Shown: piece by piece, positions 55,470 to 64,000 of the stretch
How the letters are laid out: each line of letters opens with the position of its first letter
Position numbering within the stretch: position 1 is the first letter of the stretch
Assembly: GCF_001194135.2 (NCBI RefSeq)
Contig: NC_068993.1
Span: 22,655,604 to 22,719,603 of the forward strand
Reading direction: 5' to 3'
DNA length: 64,000 nt
Source of the DNA: Octopus bimaculoides
Lineage: Eukaryota
Program-made: the position numbers and the translations under genes
The notes under the pieces: generated by a model
What the model was told of the DNA's origin: nothing
The model's database searches: none
Seen by the model: only the letters and a program-made list of their open reading frames with translations

Positions 55470-55757
55470 TATCTTTTACTTGTCTCAGTCATTTGACTGT
55501 GGCCATGCTGGAGACCGCCTTTAGTCGAGCAAATCGACCACAGAACTTATTCTTTGTAAGCCTAGTACTTATTCTGTCGCTACTGTCGAACCACTAAGTT
55601 ACGGGAACGTAAACACACCAGCATCGGTTGTCAAGCGATGTTGTGGGGACAAACACAGACACAGAAACACACACACAGGTACCACGCAGTGGGACTGAAC
55701 CCGGAACCATGTGGTTGGTAAGCAAACTACTTACCACACAGCCACTCCTGTGCCTGT
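55470..55757 (-). mobile_element. SINE family B copy lacking the CORE segment
   Basis: Head (55680-55757) is joined directly to the internal microsatellite and tail. Another head in the opposite orientation at 56732-56778 runs into a gap. Confidence 0.8.
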
Positions 55758-55764
55758 ATGTATG

Positions 55765-55802
<38 letters not shown>

Positions 55803-56688
55803 CATAGAGAGGAAGAAAGAGAGAGACAGAAATGTTTTACATAGATAACCAGCTGTGACTCTTCGATTTATTTAATTTTTAACAATGTGCATGTATCTAT
55901 GTAGACATAAATTCATAGACAGTGAAATATGTACGTACGTAGTTGCGTATGTATGTGTATGTATGTTTGTGTATATACTGTTACAAGCTGTCTATTTACA
56001 ATAAGGCGAACAAATGCAAATAAGCAACAACAAATATCATGGAAAATATTTTAAAAATTTAGAACAATATACCTCAGTAAAATGTAATAACGCGTGGCCA
56101 AAAATTTCTCTACCTAACCAATTCCTCCCTTATTAAGGGAAAAATACGTCTCTTGGAAAGAAATACATAACAAATTTGTTTCTGTCTGTCCAAATACATA
56201 AGCAAGCATTGCAAAAATGGGAGATATACCAGCATTAAGAAATACTACACAATTAAGCAAACAATATGCAAAAATAAAAGGCGCTTTGAACATGCACTAA
56301 GAAATATCTCAGAGAAATTCAGGTGATCATAATCTGGGATATAAAAATTCATACACAAGGAAATCAAAGCTATGCGAATATTGTTTTCAGTGTCCCACAG
56401 GAAAGAAAACGTATCGGATCGTATAGACGATTCTGCATCTTTAAAAACATTAAGGCTCAGTAAAAATACAAACAATCACATTAATAAAAAGTACTGTGCG
56501 AAGAATTACATGAGACGAGTATATAACCTAAACTCAGAACATTATAATGATAATTCTAGTTGGATCCGTTAATATTAAATACTCACACATAGACACATAC
56601 ATCATACACACATATGCATTAATATACATGCATATGTATATATATTTATATCTATATAAATGCATTAATATATATATGTATATATATA

Positions 56689-56734
<46 letters not shown>

Positions 56735-58444
56735 CGCAGGAGTGGCTATGTGGTAAGTAGCTTGCTTACATGGTTCTGNNNNNNNNNNNNNNNNNNNNNN
56801 NNNNNNNNNNNNNNNNNNNNNNNNNNNNNNNNNNNNNNNNNNNNNNNNNNNNNNNNNNNNNNNNNNNNNNNNNNNNNNNNNNNNNNNNNNNNNNNNNNNN
56901 NNNNNNNNNNNNNNNTATATATATATATATGCATACACACTCACGTATGTATGTACATATATTTTGAGAGGTCAAATGTTTATGTTTTTGTGTATATATG
57001 TAAATGTAATGCAGACACAAACTTATTCAAGATTTATGACACGAACCTGTATGGAATTGGCATATAAAAACAAATCGGTTAAACTTTATTCACAAGTGGG
57101 ATATGAAAAAGCATCATCACTAACAGGAACAATGCTATTTAATAATAGTAATAAATCTCATCAGCAAATGTGGTGGTGTTGGAAAACAACCGAAAAGTAT
57201 ATAGATGATTTGTTGTATCCCAAATTTGGATTTTTTCCAAGAAAGACAATAGTTTATATTTCAATCGATTCTTAGGGAACATCAAAACACATAGCTACAA
57301 ATATTCTGGTGATGTTCAATAGTTAGGTCTAGAAATTGTGTCTAATATTGTCTCATTTCTTTGCCAATTCACTACAGCTTTCAATAGTACATGTAGCACT
57401 AAACTCCATTCATGTATACAAGGAAGTAAATGTGTCATTGAAATTTACACTGCATTAATGAATGTGAGAATTAATATATTTATAGAGGCAACGATTTGGT
57501 TTAAACGTTGTGGTAAAGTTTTCCAACGTACATTTATGATACCTTTCTAATTCAAATATTGGTTACACCCCTTTATTTTATTTCTCTGTAAACAGTTTCA
57601 GTGGAGATATGCCTAGTGTAAATATCTCCAGTTCTTTCAATTGATTTCAATAATTGTTGTTATTTCAGAAAAAAAAATCAATTGGTTAATACTATTAACA
57701 AAATATGTTCCTTTCCCCTGTTGCTATAAATCGTCTCTTAGTTTCTATATATTCATACATTTCTTTAGTCTGACTTACGATATTGTTGGCACACTTTTCT
57801 TAAACAAAGAACATACACACAAACACGCACACACGCACACATTTATTGAGTCCTTTTGTCACTCATTGTTCATTTTTGCATATAAAATCATATATATATA
57901 TGTAGGCATCCATAAACGGAAGCGAGTAATTATGATAGGCTGAGAAATACAGATATAAGCCATAAAAATAGATAAATATAATAACAAACAATAGAGGGGA
58001 ACAAATTGAAATTGTTAGTCCAAAAGAATATTGGTGAAATCGAAAATTAAGAAAAACATGGTCTAACCAATTTAAAACTCATTCGAATTCGAATCGATTT
58101 TGCACATTGCGGTTTATTCACAGAAATCAGAACAACGCTTAAAAAACTTGCCTGGGCGTCGAAGGAAGAAACCCTTAAGCCAAATTGATTGAATCTGACG
58201 TCCCCGAAGAAGGGAGTTATACAGCCTAATTGCATTGATACAATTGATTGAGCTGACCTGAGACTATGATTAAAGAAAGACATATGCGTTTGGTGTCGTG
58301 TAGTGTGTTTAAACCTAAAACGGCACGAAGACGATGTGAATTATTTTAGCACATGGTTATGACCTTTAATTTTGAACAAATATATATAGAAACATACTCC
58401 GTTGAAGAATTCAGGCCATCTCTAGAGATAATACGGTAGTAGTG

Positions 58445-58490
<46 letters not shown>

Positions 58491-58689
58491 CGGTGGTGGG
58501 GTCATTGTTGTTGTTGGTGGTGGTAATAGTGGTAGTGGTGGTTGTGATGGTAGTAGTAGTAGTGGCAGTAGTGGTGGTGGTGGTAGTAGTAGTGAAACAA
58601 GAACATCAGCAATAATCATAGTAATAATTATGATGATGATGATGATGATGAATGTTATGATGATATAAAATATTATTATAATTATTGAG

Positions 58690-59132
58690 TGAGAGAGCAG
58701 TGCATGCCATCAAAGTGACACTGGGGTAAAATATACGAAGCCCATTACACCCATCATGACTACCCGTCTGATAAGGGTACACTAGGCACATGCATCACAA
58801 CCATATGTGCGTGACATGCTGATCTCATATCAAGATAAACAGCGCATGACCTCGCAGGTGGGGCCCAATTAGAATTTTTTTCAGGTCGAGTAGCCCATCC
58901 CGCTGAAAAGGTCCCTGAATAAGGTTTGTTTAAGTATGTTGAGTAAAACACCCATGTTTCCAAAGGTGAATTATTCAAGCCCCAAAGAATTCCTCTCAAC
59001 ACATGGCTATGATGCTCCCCCACTACTTCTCCTTATGATCAGAGATGCATATATCATCAGCCACCAAGGTTTAGGTCAAACAACTGACAAGCAAATCTGT
59101 GGTATAAAACAGAATATTTGCTGTAGCTCATC
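58690..59132 (-). mobile_element. Unclassified interspersed element (about 440 bp) embedded in TAA/ATG arrays; probably a non-LTR 3' end
   Basis: GC-richer block bounded by (TAA/TGA)n at 58620-58690 and (TTA)n from 59135. On the minus strand it ends gctctctcactcaataattataat. No recognisable domain. Confidence 0.45.
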
Positions 59133-59169
59133 TTTTTATTATTATTATTATCTCTATTATTATTATTAT

Positions 59170-59605
59170 GTTGTTTTTTTCCTTCTTTCTTCAAATTTTC
59201 TTCCATTTCTCGCCGAGTGTTTTCCGTACACCTAGGGCAGAGAAACTCGTTGTATGCAATCCCAGTTTACACACGCAAATTCACAGGTAAACCATGTATT
59301 TAAAAAAAAAAAAATCATGAATAAATGTTGTTTTCACAGCGATAATGCTCTTCTCAGTACATGAGTCGTTCCAGTTAGCACGATTTTTTTGCACTTCCTG
59401 TAGGGATGGTAAGCCTGGTANNNNNNNNNNGAATAAATGTTGTTTCCACAGCGATAATGCTCTTCTCAGTACATGAGTCGTTCCAGTTAGCACGATTTTT
59501 TTGCACTTCCTGTAGGGATGGTAAGCCTGGTATCATTTTCAAATAGGTTTCAGTACCTTTTTTTATCATTCCTAGAGATCCTACAATAACTGGTATGGTA
59601 GTCGC
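59170..59605 (-). mobile_element. Dong-like 3' end flanked on both sides by (TAA)n
   Basis: IPVIVGSLGMIKKGTETYLKMIPGLPSLQEVQK..LTGT..VLRRALSL plus 3' UTR. TTA arrays at 59135-59170 and 59606-59697. Confidence 0.75.
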
Positions 59606-59674
<69 letters not shown>

Positions 59675-59956
59675 CATTATTATCATTATTATTATAACAA
59701 AAGTCATTAAAACTATTCAGCCATACCAAATAATGTTGAAAAATAGAGGAATATAACTCTTTTCTAATCAATGTTTCATTATAATTTTACCAAACATGTA
59801 TTCTGTAATTAAACATATACCCAAACCTCTAATTAGGAAGAAAACACAGATACACTCAAAGCCAGCTAATACATGTATACAAACAGACACACATACGGTT
59901 GCTAGGTACTGTTAGAGACCTGCAAATCATCAGTGTCACTGTACCAGAACACGTAC

Positions 59957-60143
59957 CTCCTAATTTTATTGTCAAACTATCCTTACATTTTTCTACCAGT
60001 AGAAGATTTATTTCACATTTGAAACCATCCAGTGTTGTATATCTAATAAATGTTCCATTTACACTTGCAGCTCTAAGCTGATATAATTTCGTAAACGAAA
60101 TGTACAATAGATTCCTACTCTTAAAGTGGAGATTTCTCTGCAT
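59957..60143 (-). CDS. Upstream coding exon of the iGluR-like gene; 5' boundary uncertain (acceptor 59993, acceptor 60078, or ATG 60143)
   Basis: Strong phase-1 donor GAG|GTACGT at 59957/59956. Splicing to 26459 gives DSLTIKLG-GVYQP, matching the first ATD beta-strand motif of iGluRs (IQIGGLF/LRIGGIF). The frame is open back to ATG 60143 (MQRNLHFKSRNLLYISFTKLYQLRAA-SVNGT), which is only a weak signal peptide. Confidence 0.6.
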
Positions 60144-61078
60144 CACTCCACTCCAACTGTGAAATTTGTGACAATTACCAATACACAGCTGAATAGTTCT
60201 TGGTTGATGAGTTCCACCATTATCTACAGTTACCCTCTCGTTATTATTCCAGATATTAAACTGGCCAGTTCTCCTATGATGCACTATTTTTTCACCGTTT
60301 TTAATGTAAGATAGCTATCTATGAAAAATGATGCTAAACAAAATTAAGCAGCTTATGTAATTAGCTACAGTTACTCATTATTTTGAATATATAAAACGCT
60401 CGACATGCTGGGATTCATTATTTTCCTGGTTTTTAAAAATTGTTCATGATGATTCGGACTCTTTTCTCATGATAACAGTAACGCATTTTCACGTCAAGTT
60501 CTTTTAGATTTACATAAATCTGTGATAGAGAGGCAGAAGAAGGAGACAAAATTACCTGCAATAGTTTTAACGATTGCTCAATTTTTTTTCCTTTGTTTTC
60601 TTATTTGCAAAGGTCTTCAACAATACAGCATTTGTACTAATTGTTGAAACAAATTCATGGTATCTTTAAACACTGGAAGATCCTGATCAAGCAGACCCAT
60701 ATTTAAATGTATTCAGACCATGCATATCCTTACTCTTTCAAGTTAAGTAGAACTACATAATATATTATGGTATTTACTTATTTAAGACGATGCATTGTAA
60801 TTTGAGGCAGATTTTTCTGCTATTTCTTCAAGTTTATCAACTTCTTTTCAAAAACATAGGTTCCGAAAACAATTAGATTGGATTTCATTCTATAGAATCA
60901 CTTATTTCTCTAATGCTCAATTTTGTATCTTTCAAGGGTGTAGAAATAAATTTTAACAGTAATGTTGATAAGTAAACATCTCGCAACAAAACTAATAATT
61001 CGAAAATAATGTTTTTGCAGAATATATATACATAAAAACATATATAGCTGCATACATGACTACATGCATACAGTCACG

Positions 61079-61118
<40 letters not shown>

Positions 61119-61189
61119 CACACACACACANNNNNNNNNNNNNNNNNNNNNNNNNNNNNNNNNNNNNNNNCAGACACACACACACACAG

Positions 61190-61223
<34 letters not shown>

Positions 61224-62399
61224 ATACACACACACACTCAAACACACGTATATAATCTAAAGAAATCAATATTTGATGCAACAGAAAGAGCAACGATTTT
61301 GCAGAATCAGGGAATAAAGAGGGAGTAAAGCGACTTCAAAGTATTAGATTTTCTTTATTTTCTTCCTCAACTGAAACTGTACCTTTCATTCTCCTGAGAT
61401 TTGTAGAACAGGTACCAACCCTTAAAACCATGTAAGGAAAATAAGGCCTTGTGCCTAGTCAATAAAAATCCAATATTAGATGCTGCAGAAAATGTAAATT
61501 CTGGATAACACATTAGTTTTATTTCTCTTAATATGATGGCGGTGGAAGCTAATGAATTTCAAAAAACGGTGAGATTGTACAGCTTGACATCTATCCAAAG
61601 CAGTTTCCATTAAATTGATACAAAGCAGGACTAATTTTAATCGGGCCAATTAATTAGTTTTGCTGACATCATTTTCGACACTCCATATATGATACACTAC
61701 CGTATAATCTATCATATCTCTAATAACCTGTTGTGCAGATAGCAAAACCTCAAACGAAGAAAAAAAATAAAAATTATCAAAATGGATTTTTTCTATTAAT
61801 TAAATATCGTCAAAAAGTTTCCTTTGTAAGTTAACTTCTCCAGACGCACAGCATCGTTCACTGCGTACAACTTGATCGACCTTTTGGTAATTATGATTCT
61901 AAAAATATAGTTTGATGTTTATTAGTGAGAAAATTTGTCTTTGCTTTGATATTTTTTCTATAGAATGTGTTTAAAAAAAAGAAATATAAATGAAATATTT
62001 GTTTACCACTTATAAAAACAAAAAATTAATTTTCATTAAAAACGTATTTCTGGAAAAATAAACCTCAACGGACTTTACAATGAATAAAACAACAATTAGT
62101 AAAATGAATCATTTGTGAGTTATAGAAAGAGATAAGGTATTGACAATAAAAAAAATATGTGATTGCGAAACAGAAAAATTCATACAGAAATTCTGAAGAC
62201 ATAAAATACAGCCTTACATTCAATTAATTTTTTTTAAATATGCAGTTATGTGTGTATACGTAAATAACTATTTGTGTACATACATGTATGAGTGTGTGTG
62301 TGAGTGTGTGTGAGTGTGTGTGTAGAATTCCTATCAGACTTCTTTAGTGGAGTACATAACGCTTTCTGTCAATTTTCTCTGTGCTCCTCCATGTCTCAC

Positions 62400-62700
62400 T
62401 GTTGATAGAACTATGCTATAAAAGAACTGGATATATTTGTGTAGATCAATTGTGTTAGAGGGCGAGATAACGCACACTCTCTGGAGTGCGGCAATAGCTT
62501 TACTAATTCATTGCTGTTGTCAGTCTCATTATTGCTACTGTAGCTGATGACGCAATTCTGATTGGTAAAACTGTCTACTGCCTCGATATTTTGCTGATTG
62601 ATCTTTATGGTTGTTGTTGTTCGATGGTCATCATTTCTTATGTTAACTGTTTTATTCATCTGAGGACATAATCATAAGACCACATACTCTGAAGTAGTTC
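62400..62700 (-). mobile_element. RTE-like LINE RT fragment
   Basis: KTVNIR...IKINQQNIEAVDSF.....I...N...NE resembles L.IN..KT...I.I....IE.V..F.YLG. Confidence 0.5.
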
Positions 62701-63108
62701 TAAAAAGATCAAGCTTTGGACCGACAAGCATACTCACCAGAGGACGAAGATTAAGACCAGCAGGTCAATTACTCCGGTAATTAGAACAAAGCCATTGTAA
62801 AACAACTATCAGATGGAGGAAAATAAAGAGAGGAAGACGGAAAACTGCATAGCAGAGAGCTTCTGTAACAAGTGTGGCCGGATGCAAAGAAAAACGCAAA
62901 CAGCAAAAATCAAAGGCGTCAACTTGCTGCCCAATGTGCTCAAAAGGACAAGAAGAACTAATACTGACATATTAAACGAATTTCTGTTATTTGAAATTCT
63001 GCACTTGCTGAATATATTAAAATAGGTGTGTGCGTGTGTGTGAATGTACACGTGTAGTTGTGTGCGTAAATATATAGATATGAACTGAAACAGCTGCATT
63101 TATACATG

Positions 63109-63146
<38 letters not shown>

Positions 63147-63310
63147 NNNNNNNNNNNNNNNNNNNNNNNNNNNNNNNNNNNNNNNNNNNNNNNNNNNNNN
63201 NNNNNNNNNNNNNNNNNNNNNNNNNNNNNNNNNNNNNNNNNNNNNNNNNNNNNNNNNNNNNNNNNNNNNNNNNNNNNNNNTATATATATATATATATATA
63301 TGTATGTATC

Positions 63311-63612
63311 TGCGAACCCATGGAAAACAAACTTCAACCAGCTATTCTGATTATATGTCTGTGCACACGTTTGAATGTGGCGTGTGCCAGAGGGTTTGCA
63401 AATCCAATGGGGGTCTTAAAAGACATGTTAGGATCCACAATGAGCAGAACTTACTTGCAGGTATTGGTAGTGCAAATCAGAGGTGCAATCTGTGTGGGTG
63501 TTTTTTCAAAACACTGTCTGGTTTAAAAAGCCACATCAGAGGCCATGAACGGGTTAAGGTGTAGGTGCAGGAGGTGGTCAAACTCTGTGTAAGGAGTAGA
63601 CAACCAAGAAAG
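63311..63612 (+). mobile_element. RTE-like LINE 3' end with two C2H2 zinc fingers
   Basis: FECGVCQRVCKSNGGLKRHVRIH and RCNLCGCFFKTLSGLKSHIRGH, stop at 63562-63564, then a short UTR with hairpin actc-tgtgtaag-gagt. No TGEKP linker. Confidence 0.6.
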
Positions 63613-63659
63613 ATCTATAACACAAACGCTCTCAAATACACACGCACGCACACTTTCGT

Positions 63660-63920
63660 TTTGAGATCAACAGTACTTTATTATCTCCCTTTCTTCCTAG
63701 CTCTCCTTTCTGATCACCTCTGTACAACCATCACCATGATTGACCGCTAGCCACTAAAGCTTTTTTATTCTCTTTCTGTTTATTTTCTCGTATTCCTTTC
63801 CGTTGAAGAGCGTAGGCTCGAAACGTAAAATACTTTCTCACCTTCCCCAGCGTTAAACTAATGCACCTGTTTGTTGTTTACACACCTATCTTCGTCTTTT
63901 TTATTGTAAATTTCAGCTAT
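63660..63920 (+). mobile_element. Penelope-like terminal fragment with a degenerate hammerhead motif, ending at (TA)n
   Basis: CCGTTGA-a-GAGC gtag GCTC-GAAACGTA at 63800-63827; (TA)n from about 63918. Confidence 0.5.
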
Positions 63921-64000
63921 ATATATATATACACACACATATACATATATACATACATATATGTATATATATACATACATATATATATATATATATATAT

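Noticed and set aside
56245-56475. Hydrophobic minus-strand ORF as a signal-peptide exon
   Set aside because: Non-ATG start, no fitting donor, and it lies downstream of the better-supported 59957 exon.

Overview
AT-rich, microsatellite-dense eukaryotic draft-assembly sequence with many N gaps. The repeat families and simple-repeat load suggest an octopus/cephalopod genome (inference). Most of the window is intronic DNA of one large minus-strand gene. Three in-frame exons can be joined (about 59957-59992/60143, 26334-26459, 5787-6029). Together they encode the amino-terminal domain of a divergent non-NMDA ionotropic glutamate receptor (...TIKLG|GVYQP...INK|TILYMELHNIHTIVGP...YKWEHAGMYYDSDIG). 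The introns are about 33.5 kb and 20.3 kb, and the third exon ends at a GC-AG donor. The introns hold decayed DNA transposons (Tc1, mariner, Tigger/pogo, hAT, three MITEs), non-LTR retrotransposon pieces (R4/Dong with (TAA)n tails, Tx1-like with (TATC)n tails, RTE, CR1/L2, Penelope) and at least three tRNA-derived SINE families. Most notable observations: (1) a tRNA-headed SINE whose tail contains a complete minimal hammerhead-ribozyme fold of the Penelope type; (2) apparent partitioning of different microsatellites among retroelement clades; (3) highly similar inverted repeat pairs flanking symmetric exons, which could be ADAR or back-splicing substrates. All assignments were made by eye from motifs; no database search was run.
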